Assembly (NCBI GenBank): GCA_043801585.1
Contig: JAZDLX010000184.1
Location: 10,811-74,810 of the forward strand
Origin: a bacterium
Lineage (GTDB): Bacteria; Electryoneota; Electryoneia; Electryoneales; Electryoneaceae
Direction: 5' to 3'
Length of the DNA stretch: 64,000 bases
Shown piece by piece: positions 17,031 through 26,514 of this stretch (position 1 is its first letter; every line of letters starts with the position of its first letter). Below the pieces are notes generated by a model. The model made no database searches. It was not told where the DNA came from and worked only from the letters and a program-made list of their open reading frames with translations. Both the position numbers and the translations under genes were made by a program.

Positions 17031-19231
17031 ACCCGACCCTCCTTTTCGATGGCATTTCGCTTATTGCCTCGCTTGCGCTGACCGCAGCAGTAGTCGCAAG
17101 CTGGCGACGATTTTACATTCCCACGGAGACGAAAATCCTGGTCTCCCTGATGCTGTTGACGGTGATCTTCAGAAGTATTTCCAACGTTCTCGAATGGAGT
17201 GGAATTTCCACCGCTCTCGATATCTACGAAGATTACACCGAGCTTCTGCTTCCGCTGATCTGGATTTTCTTGCTGATCAGCCTGATGCACAACGAATCCA
17301 AGAAGCGACTGGAACTCAGCGAGGAGCGGTATCGGACAGTCACGTCCATGACCAATGACTTCGTGTATTCGATCGCCATCCATGAAGACGGCACGATTGG
17401 CGAACTTTGGATTGGCGGGGCTTTTGAGCAGATCACCGGCTACAAGATCGAGGCGATAAACATCGAAACGAGCTGGAACCAACTTGTACACCCGGAAGAC
17501 AAGGCTAACGCTCATGAATCTCTGATCGATGCCCTTGCAAATCGAAAGAGTTCGTGCGATTACAGGATCATCAGGAACGATGGTAAAACGATCTGGGTTC
17601 ATGATTCACGATTTCCGGTGGTCGATCCGGTAACGAAACAGGTCGTACGCATCTACGGGACCGTTCGTGATGCAACGGATCTCTTTTTAAGCTCCCAGGC
17701 GTTGAATGAAATCGAGAATCGTCTCAATCGAGCGCAAGCTGTCGCGCATGTCGGGAATTGGGAAATCGACCTGGCGACGAACGCCATGAAAGCCTCCGAG
17801 GAATCCTACCGGCTTTATGGATTTAAACATTTTGAGCCTGAGATGCCGCTGAAGAAGGTTCAATCGTCAGTGATGCCGGAAGATCGGCCACGCATGGATG
17901 CAGCCTTACGCGATCTCCTGCTGGGGAAAGCCGAATACAATGTTCGATTTCGCATCCGCCGTGCCAACGACGGTGCGATCCGCCACATTCAATCTCAGGC
18001 GGATATTGAACGTGATGCTTTAGGCAACCCGAAACGGGTTATCGGTACAATCCAGGATGTTACCGAACTGGTCAGCCTCGAGGAACAGTACTACCAGGCA
18101 CAGAAAATGGAGGCGATTGGTCAATTCGCGGGAGGAGTGGCACACGATATCAACAACCTGATCACGACGATCATCGGACATACGGAACTCATCCATCTTC
18201 AGCTCGAAAAGGGCAGTCACGAAAAAGCGAAGAAAAACCTCGATGAAATCCTGAAGGCCTCCGAACGTGCCGCAACCCTGAATAGACGGCTGCTCACCTT
18301 CAGCAGAAAACACGATGTGGAACTGCGGGTGGTCAGCATCAATTCCGTCATTGGCAACCTCGAAAATCTGTTGCGGCGGATCATCGGAGAAGAAATCGCC
18401 CTGAATGTCGAGTATTCCGATGACAATCCCTGTACCCGGGCGGATGTGTCCTACCTCGAACAAATCGTCATGAACGTGATTGTCAACGCTCGGGATGCAA
18501 TGCCAAACGGCGGCCTTCTCAATATTCGCACTCGGACCAGGATTGTTAAAAATGAAATGGCTGTTGGAACTCCCGAACCCTTCAGCGGAAAGTACGCCGT
18601 CATCACCATTGAGGACAGCGGCACGGGGATGACGCATGAGCAGATGAAACACATCTTTGAACCGTTCTTCACGACCAAGGAAGCGGGCATAGGCACCGGA
18701 TTGGGCCTGTCGACGGTTTCCGGTTTGGTCAAGCAACTTGATGGGCATGTCCAGGTCGAGAGCACTTCGGGAAAGGGGACCACATTCCACATCTGCCTGC
18801 CCAGTGTAAATCCGACTGAATTGAAAATGGAATCGATTAAAACGACTCCTTTGGCGTCACACGGCAACGAAGTCATCCTGTTCGTGGAAGATGATGACGC
18901 AGTGAGAAAACTCGCCACGAGTATTCTCCGCACGCACGGCTATCATGTCTACGATGCGGCTCATGCCCATGAGGCGATCGAAATCGCGGGGACGCTGAAA
19001 GAAAAACCGGATCTTATCATCACGGATGTTGTAATGCCTGACATCCGGGGTCCCGAAATGATCCTTGAACTGCGCAAGATCTGGCCAATGGTCAAAGCGC
19101 TCTATATCTCAGGGTATGAAGCGCGTTCGAACAACTTGATACCGGACGATGCGCCGTTCCTGCGGAAACCCTTCACTGTGCATTCATTGACTGCAGCGGT
19201 TCGTGAGATTCTGGACGGCACCCCTCTTTAA
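17027..19231 (+). CDS. Hybrid sensor histidine kinase (3 TM, two PAS domains, HisKA, HATPase, receiver)
   Basis: Motifs read from the translation: H-box HDINNLITTIIGHTEL; ATPase boxes NVIVNARDAMP, DSGTGM, GTGLGLS; and a C-terminal receiver (VILFVEDDDAV ... DLIITDVVMPDIRG ... YISGY). I chose the start at 17027 (MNPTLLFDG...); the upstream 127 codons of the ORF are Arg/Cys/Ser-rich and overlap the small membrane ORF in another frame. Confidence 0.88.
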   Translation: MNPTLLFDGISLIASLALTAAVVASWRRFYIPTETKILVSLMLLTVIFRSISNVLEWSGISTALDIYEDYTELLLPLIWIFLLISLMHNESKKRLELSEERYRTVTSMTNDFVYSIAIHEDGTIGELWIGGAFEQITGYKIEAINIETSWNQLVHPEDKANAHESLIDALANRKSSCDYRIIRNDGKTIWVHDSRFPVVDPVTKQVVRIYGTVRDATDLFLSSQALNEIENRLNRAQAVAHVGNWEIDLATNAMKASEESYRLYGFKHFEPEMPLKKVQSSVMPEDRPRMDAALRDLLLGKAEYNVRFRIRRANDGAIRHIQSQADIERDALGNPKRVIGTIQDVTELVSLEEQYYQAQKMEAIGQFAGGVAHDINNLITTIIGHTELIHLQLEKGSHEKAKKNLDEILKASERAATLNRRLLTFSRKHDVELRVVSINSVIGNLENLLRRIIGEEIALNVEYSDDNPCTRADVSYLEQIVMNVIVNARDAMPNGGLLNIRTRTRIVKNEMAVGTPEPFSGKYAVITIEDSGTGMTHEQMKHIFEPFFTTKEAGIGTGLGLSTVSGLVKQLDGHVQVESTSGKGTTFHICLPSVNPTELKMESIKTTPLASHGNEVILFVEDDDAVRKLATSILRTHGYHVYDAAHAHEAIEIAGTLKEKPDLIITDVVMPDIRGPEMILELRKIWPMVKALYISGYEARSNNLIPDDAPFLRKPFTVHSLTAAVREILDGTPL

Positions 19232-19251
19232 GTTTCACGGCAATCCTGACA

Positions 19252-20112
19252 TCAGGGAAACAGAACGACTCCCACCCGGAGCGCACGAGTATCCCGATTG
19301 TAAAGCCTGATGCTTTCTCCCCGTCCTGTGAAGTACTGCAGCATCAATGTGGGCATCCAGGCGAGACGGCTGTCGAGGAGCACGGGGTGTGCAAAGATAT
19401 CCAACTGGAACCTTTTCAGGATTCTTCCGGAAACGCCCCAATTGGTTTCCGCGTGAACGCCGAGCACACGCATTCCATCCGGATACCGTTGAAGCAGCGG
19501 TTGCCAGTTCACCGCTACGTCACCCCACCCCAGGTGATCCTCGATATCAGGATTGTCCATATCGTTGAACGGTACCCAGACACTCAAACGCATCAGCAGG
19601 GGATGGTTGGTCAGATCTCCGAATTCAATTCGCAGGATTGCACGGTTCCACGTCCTGCTCGCCTCTCCCCCCAATCCATTTGATTGATGGGTATACGATA
19701 TTCGTACCGATGGTTTCGACCATGACCACGCATTCCCGAGTTTCGCGTAACCGTTGTCCCAATAGACAAACACTTCCGGCGTGTACGTGTTTTCCAACGC
19801 CGGGGAGTTCTTGGTGTAGGGATCCCAGAAGGACGATTGGGTGAAGGACGCGTATATGCCGTCCGCATTTTTCCCAAACGGGATCACCTGCGCCTGCAGG
19901 ACAAATCGGAATTTCATCTGGTTGTGCGAATCGGTGAAAAGGTCGTTGGTCTTTCCGTTTTTCTCGGAACCGAATCCAGCGAGGAACCAACTGGGATCCG
20001 CCAGACCAAACCTTCGTGGGGCATCCGCATGTTGCTCCACCTGCGCATCTGCGGAAACATCGCAAAGGAGGGCAAGCAGGCCGGCGACGAACATTGACAG
20101 TGCACGATTCAT
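19252..20112 (-). CDS. pldA: Outer-membrane phospholipase A (OMPLA)
   Basis: It carries the catalytic H-x-S-N-G motif (ISYTHQSNGLGG) and the downstream SRTWNR Asn motif. The signal peptide is MNRALSMFVAGLLALLCDVSADA. I prefer the second Met (20112); the ORF-track start is 20127. Confidence 0.8.
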   Translation of the reverse strand: MNRALSMFVAGLLALLCDVSADAQVEQHADAPRRFGLADPSWFLAGFGSEKNGKTNDLFTDSHNQMKFRFVLQAQVIPFGKNADGIYASFTQSSFWDPYTKNSPALENTYTPEVFVYWDNGYAKLGNAWSWSKPSVRISYTHQSNGLGGEASRTWNRAILRIEFGDLTNHPLLMRLSVWVPFNDMDNPDIEDHLGWGDVAVNWQPLLQRYPDGMRVLGVHAETNWGVSGRILKRFQLDIFAHPVLLDSRLAWMPTLMLQYFTGRGESIRLYNRDTRALRVGVVLFP

Positions 20113-20120
20113 CCAGCGAA

Positions 20121-20158
20121 AATACAAAAAAGAGGGACAACGTTGCTGACGTTGTCCC
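20121..20158 (-). terminator. Intrinsic terminator of ileS
   Basis: On the minus strand, GGGACAACGT-CAGCA-ACGTTGTCCC is a 10-bp perfect stem (20134-20158) followed by CTCTTTTTTGTATT, 20 nt after the ileS stop. Confidence 0.7.
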
Positions 20159-20178
20159 CTATCGCGAACCTCTTCGGG

Positions 20179-23100
20179 CTATACCTTTTTCACTTGAAGT
20201 GTTGCTTCCGCCGCGCCTACCCGGGTCGTTTCCGACCCCTGCGCGCCTTTCAGCTTCTCGTTGATCTTCATCTTAACGGACAGAGTCTCATCACGGACCG
20301 TACCATTATGTTCATCGAGTGCCTTCAGAAGATCCGCGGCATCTGTCATCACCGCGAGCTCGATCCTGTCCTCCACATCGAAACCGGTGTCTTTTCGCAG
20401 CACCTGAACCTTGCGGATCAGGTCACGCACGAGACCCTCACGCAGCAATTCATCGCTGAGGCGTATGTCAAGGGCAACCACGATCGGCTGGTTCTCCACT
20501 TCACCGGCAACGATGGTATCCCGGGGATGGGAGACGAATTTGAACAGTTCCGCGGGAACCGGAATGTCCACGCCTGAAAGCTTCAGTTCACCGCTCTTAC
20601 GGACCGTTTCAACATACTGCTGCATGGTTTCCGCATCTGCCTTGTCGAGAGCCGCCTTGACCCTGGGCGCATCCCCCCGAAGCACCTTGCCGGCAGACAC
20701 AAGATCCAACATCAGCGCCTCTTCATCCAGCGCGTTTCGATGGTCGGCGAACTCGATGGTTTTGACGTTCAATTCATCGGCGATGGTCGCCACATCCTGT
20801 TTGATTATTTCCTGGAGATCCGATTCGCAGACGACATACAGCGTCTGCAGCGGCTGGCGGACCTTCAGCTGAGCCTGGTTGCGGAGGTTCAAGGCGGCGC
20901 GGATCACAGCACGATTCGTGAAAATTTCACCGAGCAGTTCGTCATCCACGCGGCTCTCGTCGGCAACGGGCCAATCGGCGAGATGAACGGATTCCACGGC
21001 GGATTTATCGAAGGGACGCACCGCCTCCTGCCAGATGTGCTCCGTGAGGAAGGGAATGATCGGCGCCATCACGCGCAGGATGGTCCTGATCGCCAAAGAA
21101 AGCACGACATACGCCGTGCGTTTGGAGTCACCGTCGGACTCTTTCCAAAATCGGCGGCGGTTGACACGAACATAAAAATTCGAGAGTTCATCGACGAACG
21201 TTTCAAATTCCCGGACGACGACCGTTGTGTTGTAGTCGTCATAGGCTGCCGTGCAACGGTCGAGGAATGCCTCTGTTCGCGCCAATGCCCAGCGGTCGCT
21301 GCGGGTCAACGCCTCTTCCACGATGGTTGTGCCGGTCAGATCGAGCTTGTCAAGCTGGGCATAGGTGTTGAAGAAAACGAAGATGTTCCAGAACCCAAGC
21401 AGTTTCCGGTGAACCTCCCAACCGAGATTGAAGCCGAAGCGGACATTCTGAACTGGATTCGCGGCACAGAAAAGGTAGCGCATGGCATCCGCGCCGATCT
21501 TGTCCGCAGCTTCGTCAAACTGGATCATGTAGCCGGTTTTACTGAACCGTCCGCCCTCTTCCGAGACGACGGATTCGTGGGCAAGAACCCGCTGATAGGG
21601 CGACCGGCCCGAGATCGTGACCCCCATGAAGAGCATCGAGTAGAACCACAGGCGCACCTGCTCGCGCATTTCACAGATCCACTCGGCGGGGTACCATTTC
21701 TTCTCCCACTCCTCCCGGTCACGGAAATACCCGCGAGTCGTGTAAGGAACGATCCCTGCATCGAGCCAGACATCCCCCACCTCCGGAATACGTGTCACAC
21801 CCTCCGCGTGGCAATGGGGGCAGGTGATCGTGATCGAATCGATCCATGGGCGATGCAATTCCGGGAGGTTGTCGACGGCGGGACCACCCAATTCCCTGAG
21901 ATGGTCTCGGCTTCCGACGACAGTCACCTCACCGCATTCGTGGCAAACGTAGAAGGGAAGCGGCATTCCATAAAACCGTTTCCGGCTGATGTTCCAATCA
22001 CCCATGTTCTGCAGCCAATCCTGCATCAGCAGACCTGCATGCGCCGGTCGCCAGTCAACCTCCGCTGCAGCTTTCAGCAGTTGCGGCTTCAACTCATCGG
22101 TGCGGATGAACCAGGCATTGACCAGCTTGAACATGATCGGTGTCTTGCAGCGCCAGCAAACCGGGTAACTGTGGGTGTAATCGTGGTCGTAAAACAGCTT
22201 TCCAAGTTTCCTGATCTCCGCGATCACATCGTCGGCGACCTGGGAAGCATCGCGCCCCTCGAGCCACCCATACCCGTTGACATACACTCCTGCTTCATCA
22301 ATCGGCTCGAGGCTGGGCAACCCCAACGAGTTGCCGAGTTCAAAGTCTTCCGCGCCGCAACCCGGTGCAATGTGAACGACCCCCGTTCCCTCCTCGGCAT
22401 CCACCTCATCCCAGGAGACGATCTTATGTGCACCCATCGCTGCCTGCGCCGGGAGATCGGGGAACACCGTCTCGTAATGAAGCCCGAACAGTTCTTCGCC
22501 TTTGAAAACGCGTAACACCTTGAACTTCACATGGTCAATCGCCTTCAGCGCGTCTTTACCGATGATGAGTGTCCCCTCCTGCCCTGCAACGGAGATTTCG
22601 GCGTATTCGATTGCAGGATTGATCGCGAGCGCAACGTTGGCGGCGAGTGTCCACGGTGTGGTCGTCCAAACGAGAACACGTTGTCCCGGCCTCTCTACGA
22701 TGGGCAGAGCGACGATCAACGAACGGTGTGTCATCTCACGGTGCGAACCGCTCATCTCATGTTCGGAAAGGGATGTGCCGCAGCGGGTGCACCATGACAT
22801 GGCGCGCTTGTCAGTGTAGATCCAGCCTTTGTCGTGGAGCGTTCTCAGGAAATGCCAGATACCCTGGATGTTCTCATCGGTATGAGTGTAGTAGCTGTTC
22901 GGCCAGTCCATCCACTGTCCCAATCGGATCGACTGCTCTGTCTGTTTAGTGGAATAATTCTTGACTCGGGCCTTGCAGGCGTTGACGAATTTCTCAATGC
23001 CGAATTTCTCGATCTCGGATTTGTCCTTGAAGCCGATTTCCTTCTCGACCTCGACCTCGACCCAGAGACCCTGGCTGTCGAATCCGTTCTGCCAATGGGT

Positions 23101-23385
23101 ATCATATCCTCGGAGGGTTTTGTACCTGACGAAAACATCTTTCAGAGTGCGTCCCCACGCATGATGCACTCCCATGGGATTGTTGGCGGTAATCGGTCCG
23201 TCAAGAAAACGGAACGTGGGTCCTCCCGCCAACTTCTCACGGAGCTTGTCGAAACAGTTGTGTTCTTTCCAGAACGCCAGCACATCATGCTCGATCTGGA
23301 TGAAATTCACACCGCTGCTTCCCTCGTCATGCGCTTTGTCATTGCCTCCGTTGACGCTACTCATCTTTCTCGCCTCGTGCTGCAT
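20179..23385 (-). CDS. ileS: Isoleucyl-tRNA synthetase (long, type-2-like form)
   Basis: 1068 aa. It has a HIGH-region variant (PITANNPMGVHHAWGRT), a KMSKS-region variant (GRFSKTG), CP1 editing-domain-sized insert, and Cys clusters (CWRCKTP, CHECG, CPHCH). The true start may be the Met at 23364. Confidence 0.95.
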   Translation of the reverse strand: MQHEARKMSSVNGGNDKAHDEGSSGVNFIQIEHDVLAFWKEHNCFDKLREKLAGGPTFRFLDGPITANNPMGVHHAWGRTLKDVFVRYKTLRGYDTHWQNGFDSQGLWVEVEVEKEIGFKDKSEIEKFGIEKFVNACKARVKNYSTKQTEQSIRLGQWMDWPNSYYTHTDENIQGIWHFLRTLHDKGWIYTDKRAMSWCTRCGTSLSEHEMSGSHREMTHRSLIVALPIVERPGQRVLVWTTTPWTLAANVALAINPAIEYAEISVAGQEGTLIIGKDALKAIDHVKFKVLRVFKGEELFGLHYETVFPDLPAQAAMGAHKIVSWDEVDAEEGTGVVHIAPGCGAEDFELGNSLGLPSLEPIDEAGVYVNGYGWLEGRDASQVADDVIAEIRKLGKLFYDHDYTHSYPVCWRCKTPIMFKLVNAWFIRTDELKPQLLKAAAEVDWRPAHAGLLMQDWLQNMGDWNISRKRFYGMPLPFYVCHECGEVTVVGSRDHLRELGGPAVDNLPELHRPWIDSITITCPHCHAEGVTRIPEVGDVWLDAGIVPYTTRGYFRDREEWEKKWYPAEWICEMREQVRLWFYSMLFMGVTISGRSPYQRVLAHESVVSEEGGRFSKTGYMIQFDEAADKIGADAMRYLFCAANPVQNVRFGFNLGWEVHRKLLGFWNIFVFFNTYAQLDKLDLTGTTIVEEALTRSDRWALARTEAFLDRCTAAYDDYNTTVVVREFETFVDELSNFYVRVNRRRFWKESDGDSKRTAYVVLSLAIRTILRVMAPIIPFLTEHIWQEAVRPFDKSAVESVHLADWPVADESRVDDELLGEIFTNRAVIRAALNLRNQAQLKVRQPLQTLYVVCESDLQEIIKQDVATIADELNVKTIEFADHRNALDEEALMLDLVSAGKVLRGDAPRVKAALDKADAETMQQYVETVRKSGELKLSGVDIPVPAELFKFVSHPRDTIVAGEVENQPIVVALDIRLSDELLREGLVRDLIRKVQVLRKDTGFDVEDRIELAVMTDAADLLKALDEHNGTVRDETLSVKMKINEKLKGAQGSETTRVGAAEATLQVKKV

Positions 23386-23654
23386 CGTAGTGTGTTGATC
23401 CGCCGTCTACATCCCAGGATAGGGATGTATGAAACCACTGTCTCCATTCGTTCACCAGAATCACCTCAGGAACGAGATACGGCTTCGAGCAGGTCAATAT
23501 AGGAAACACGGCGCCCGAACGCAGATACCGGAAGATGCTGTCCGAGACGGCTCGAGAATGGTTGATGAAACATTTTTTACCGGTCAACGCCTTCGGCTGG
23601 GAGACTGTGGAGACACACCCGGGAGTACGTCTTAATCGTTTCGGGTTTCTCCAC

Positions 23655-23683
23655 TTGATCCTTCGTCCGAAACCCTCTATGTT
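23655..23683 (+). promoter_or_regulatory. Candidate sigma70-type promoter for the aromatic leader transcript
   Basis: TTGATC (23655-23660), a 17-nt spacer, then TATGTT (23678-23683). This would place the transcription start at about 23690-23692, i.e. at the leader ATG. It is only a pattern match. Confidence 0.3.
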
Positions 23684-23691
23684 GGTTTGTC

Positions 23692-23829
23692 ATGATGGAT
23701 CGATTGCACAAGACGAGCGCACAGCAGGGTTGGTGGCGCAGCGAAAGCACTGCTTGGTGGTGGTATTACGCCAGGCCGGTGGGCGCCTCCGTCCGCTCGT
23801 TCGCATCCGTCTTCAGGACTCCCCTATAG
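23692..23829 (+). CDS. Candidate regulatory leader peptide (45 codons) rich in Trp/Tyr/Phe
   Basis: ATG 23692 to TAG 23827-23829 reads MMDRLHKTSAQQGWWRSESTAWWWYYARPVGASVRSFASVFRTPL. It has five Trp codons (23731-23736 and 23755-23763), two Tyr (23764-23769) and two Phe. It lies between a promoter-like element and a strong terminator, directly upstream of the aro-trp operon. No SD is visible. The ORF is below the 60-aa cut-off of the ORF track. Confidence 0.55.
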   Translation: MMDRLHKTSAQQGWWRSESTAWWWYYARPVGASVRSFASVFRTPL

Positions 23830-23853
23830 CGTTACGGATCAACGGCGAAGACA

Positions 23854-23889
23854 ACGCCCACCGGAATTTCCGGTGGGCGTTTTTTTATT
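23854..23889 (+). terminator. Intrinsic terminator (attenuator) 40 nt upstream of the DAHP synthase start
   Basis: CGCCCACCGG (23855-23864) pairs with CCGGTGGGCG (23870-23879) around the AATTT loop region, then TTTTTTTATT follows. The 3'-arm 10-mer recurs exactly at 23776-23785 inside the leader ORF, giving a potential antiterminator. Confidence 0.8.
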
Positions 23890-23929
23890 GCCCGCCGGCA
23901 CGTGAAACACGGCAGAAAGGAGCAGCGAG

Positions 23930-24961
23930 GTGATCATCGTTTTGAAGCCGGGCACGGACAAGAAGATCATCCAGGAGATACTGGATCATATCGCCGAAAC
24001 AGGCTTGAAGCCCCTGTACATGCCGGGGGAAGAGCGGGTTGTTCTCGGTGCGATCGGGGACGAACGGATTCTGGGCAAACTTCACCTTGAAAACCATCCC
24101 AGTGTCGAAGAGGTGAAGCCTGTCCTCGCTCCCTACAAGATGGTCAGCCGGGAGATCCATCCGGACGACACGGTGGTGTCCATCGGCGGGGTTCCTGTCG
24201 GAAATGGATTTTTCACGGTCATCGCCGGTCCCTGCGCCGTGGAAAGTCTCGATCAGATGCGGGAAACCGGACATGCCGTGGTGGCGGCGGGAGCCTCAGC
24301 CCTGCGCGGTGGGGCGTTCAAGCCCCGCACCAGCCCCTACTCCTTTCAGGGTCTGGGAGTGGAGGGCCTCGAGATTCTGTCTCAGGTGTCGCGGGAGTTG
24401 GGCGTTCCGACCGTTACCGAAGTTGTCGAGGTCGGGGACATCGAGGCCGTGGAACAACATTCCGACGCCTTTCAGGTCGGCGCACGCAACATGCAGAATT
24501 TCCGGCTCCTGATGGAACTGGGACAGTGCCGCAAGCCGGTTCTGCTGAAGCGAGGAATGGCGGCCACCATCGAGGACCTTCTGATGGCCGCCGAATACAT
24601 CCTCTCGCAGGGAAACTCAAACGTCATCCTCTGCGAACGCGGCATCCGAACCTTCGAAACCGCCACTCGCAACACTCTCGATCTGAACGCCGTTCCCTTT
24701 ATCAAGCAACGCAGCCACCTGCCGGTTCTCGTCGATCCCTCTCACGGCACAGGATTGCGTGAACTTGTGGCACCAATGTCTCTCGCGGCGGCGGCGGCCG
24801 GAGCGGATGGCCTGTTGATCGAGGTGCACAGGAATCCCGCACAAGCTCTTTCGGATGGACGGCAATCCCTCTTCCCCGATCAGTTTGCAGATCTCATGGA
24901 CAGGCTTCGTCCGTTGGTTTCTGCGCTTGGACGAAAACTGAACACAACGGTGGCGGCATGA
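23930..24961 (+). CDS. aroF: 3-deoxy-D-arabino-heptulosonate-7-phosphate (DAHP) synthase, class I-beta, with an N-terminal regulatory (ferredoxin/ACT-like) extension
   Basis: GTG start with the SD AAAGGAG. The motif is [16 protein letters not shown]. The ~80-aa N-terminal extension ([28 protein letters not shown]...) resembles that of Thermotoga-type DAHP synthases. Confidence 0.88.
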   Translation: MIIVLKPGTDKKIIQEILDHIAETGLKPLYMPGEERVVLGAIGDERILGKLHLENHPSVEEVKPVLAPYKMVSREIHPDDTVVSIGGVPVGNGFFTVIAGPCAVESLDQMRETGHAVVAAGASALRGGAFKPRTSPYSFQGLGVEGLEILSQVSRELGVPTVTEVVEVGDIEAVEQHSDAFQVGARNMQNFRLLMELGQCRKPVLLKRGMAATIEDLLMAAEYILSQGNSNVILCERGIRTFETATRNTLDLNAVPFIKQRSHLPVLVDPSHGTGLRELVAPMSLAAAAAGADGLLIEVHRNPAQALSDGRQSLFPDQFADLMDRLRPLVSALGRKLNTTVAA

Positions 24962-26514
24962 ACAGCGACTATCCAAAACGTTCCGTGGCTGCCGGCACCA
25001 TCCACCGCGAAGTGGACCCATTTGCCCTCTACCGCCATTTGACTGGGGGAGCACCGGACACCGCCCTGCTCGAATCCCGCGATGGGAACGGTAAGAACAA
25101 CACACAAAGCCTGCTTCTGGTACGTTCCGCCCTTCGCATCGAGGGTTACGGACGTCGGGTCAAGGTCACCCCTCTCACTGATGCCGGACGTTCGGTCCTC
25201 GAATCGCAACATGACCGATTGGTAAAAGTGGGAACAGCCAACTCTGAAGGAGACAGCCTTGTCATCGAGTTTCCACCCCTCGATGGGAATGCCAGCGAGG
25301 AGGAGCGGCTTTTGGCTAACGGTCCGCTGGATATCCTGCGGACATTCGCTTTCGGCTGGAATGGACAGGAGAAAACACCGATTCTGTTGACGGGGATGCT
25401 CGGGTATGATTTTCTGGAAACCTTTGAGAAACTCCCGCCTCCGAAGCGAGATGGCCTGAACACTCCGGACCTTCTCTTCGAACTTCCCGAAGTGCTCGTC
25501 CGCGTCGACCATCTCCACCGCGAAGTCCAGGTCCAGGTGCATTCCTACGGCAACCGAAAGCCCGATGATAAAGCGCTCGCTGAGGTCGTGAATGCCGTAC
25601 AGGCCTTCCCCGAAATGGACACAGCCTCCGTTTTCACCCAAGTTCCCGAAAAAATGCCGTCCGGCTTCCACGTGGATCTCGACGATTCAGCTTACCGCGC
25701 CATTGTCGAGTTGATGAAGCGCCACATTGTCGCCGGGGATGTCTTCCAGATTGTCCCGTCCCGCACCTTCAGCCTGCCCTGCAGGGACGCAATGCAAGCA
25801 TACCATGCATTGCGGGATTTGAATCCAAGCCCTTACCTGTTCTATCTCGCAGACAGGGATTTTACACTCTTTGGATCTTCGCCGGAGACCTGCGTTCGCG
25901 TGGCTGGCAATCCGCGAAAAGTCACCCTCTTCCCCATCGCCGGAACACGTCCACGTGGCAGAAACGGGGACGGCAGCCTCGATGTTGACCTCGACAACCG
26001 GCTTGAAGCAGAGCTGAAACTGCACGGGAAAGAGCTGGCTGAGCACATGATGCTCGTGGACCTGGCGCGCAACGATGTCGCCCGCATCAGCAATCCCGGG
26101 ACACGGCGGGTTTCCCGCCTGCTCGAAATCGAACGGTACAGCCATGTAATGCATCTCGTCAGCCGGGTTGAGGGAACCTTGCGCGACGGGTACGACGCTC
26201 TGCACGCCTACCTCGCAACCATGACGATGGGAACACTCACAGGAGCTCCGAAAGTCGAAGCCGCCCGTTTGCTGCGAAAACACGAAGCGGATCGACGCGG
26301 ACCCTATGGAGGCGCCGTGGGCTACCTGACGTCTGAAGGGATTCTCGACACCGCTATCGTGATCCGCTCAGCCGTCGTCCTCAGTGGGATCGCTCATGTC
26401 CGCGCGGGAGCCGGAATCGTGTTCGATTCTCAGCCGCAGGCGGAAGCGGATGAAACCCGCAGCAAGGCGAATGCGGTTCTTCAGGCGATAGCACTTTCGG
26501 AAGGAGGCCGGTGA
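24958..26514 (+). CDS. trpE: Anthranilate synthase component I
   Basis: 518 aa. Motifs are LFGSSPE and GTLTGAPKVEA, with a chorismate-binding C-terminal domain. ATGA overlap with aroF. Confidence 0.93.
   Translation: MNSDYPKRSVAAGTIHREVDPFALYRHLTGGAPDTALLESRDGNGKNNTQSLLLVRSALRIEGYGRRVKVTPLTDAGRSVLESQHDRLVKVGTANSEGDSLVIEFPPLDGNASEEERLLANGPLDILRTFAFGWNGQEKTPILLTGMLGYDFLETFEKLPPPKRDGLNTPDLLFELPEVLVRVDHLHREVQVQVHSYGNRKPDDKALAEVVNAVQAFPEMDTASVFTQVPEKMPSGFHVDLDDSAYRAIVELMKRHIVAGDVFQIVPSRTFSLPCRDAMQAYHALRDLNPSPYLFYLADRDFTLFGSSPETCVRVAGNPRKVTLFPIAGTRPRGRNGDGSLDVDLDNRLEAELKLHGKELAEHMMLVDLARNDVARISNPGTRRVSRLLEIERYSHVMHLVSRVEGTLRDGYDALHAYLATMTMGTLTGAPKVEAARLLRKHEADRRGPYGGAVGYLTSEGILDTAIVIRSAVVLSGIAHVRAGAGIVFDSQPQAEADETRSKANAVLQAIALSEGGR

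Noticed and set aside
20740-22515. 591-aa ORF on the plus strand
   Set aside because: It is antisense to ileS, and its translation is low-complexity (Arg/Asp/His/Pro-rich) without recognisable domains. It is a shadow ORF.
23756-23772. T-box-like sequence GGTGGTGGTATTACGCC upstream of the trp genes
   Set aside because: It resembles the GGUGGUACCGCG T-box core only superficially. It lies ~85 nt from the terminator rather than forming its antiterminator partner, and there is no room for a Stem I/specifier domain after the candidate promoter. The TGG repeats are better explained as in-frame Trp codons.
23535-23933. 132-aa plus-strand ORF covering the ileS/aroF intergenic region
   Set aside because: It reads straight through the strong intrinsic terminator at 23854-23889 and has an Arg/Gly/Leu-biased sequence. 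The region is better explained by the short Trp/Tyr-rich leader ORF in another frame plus RNA structure.
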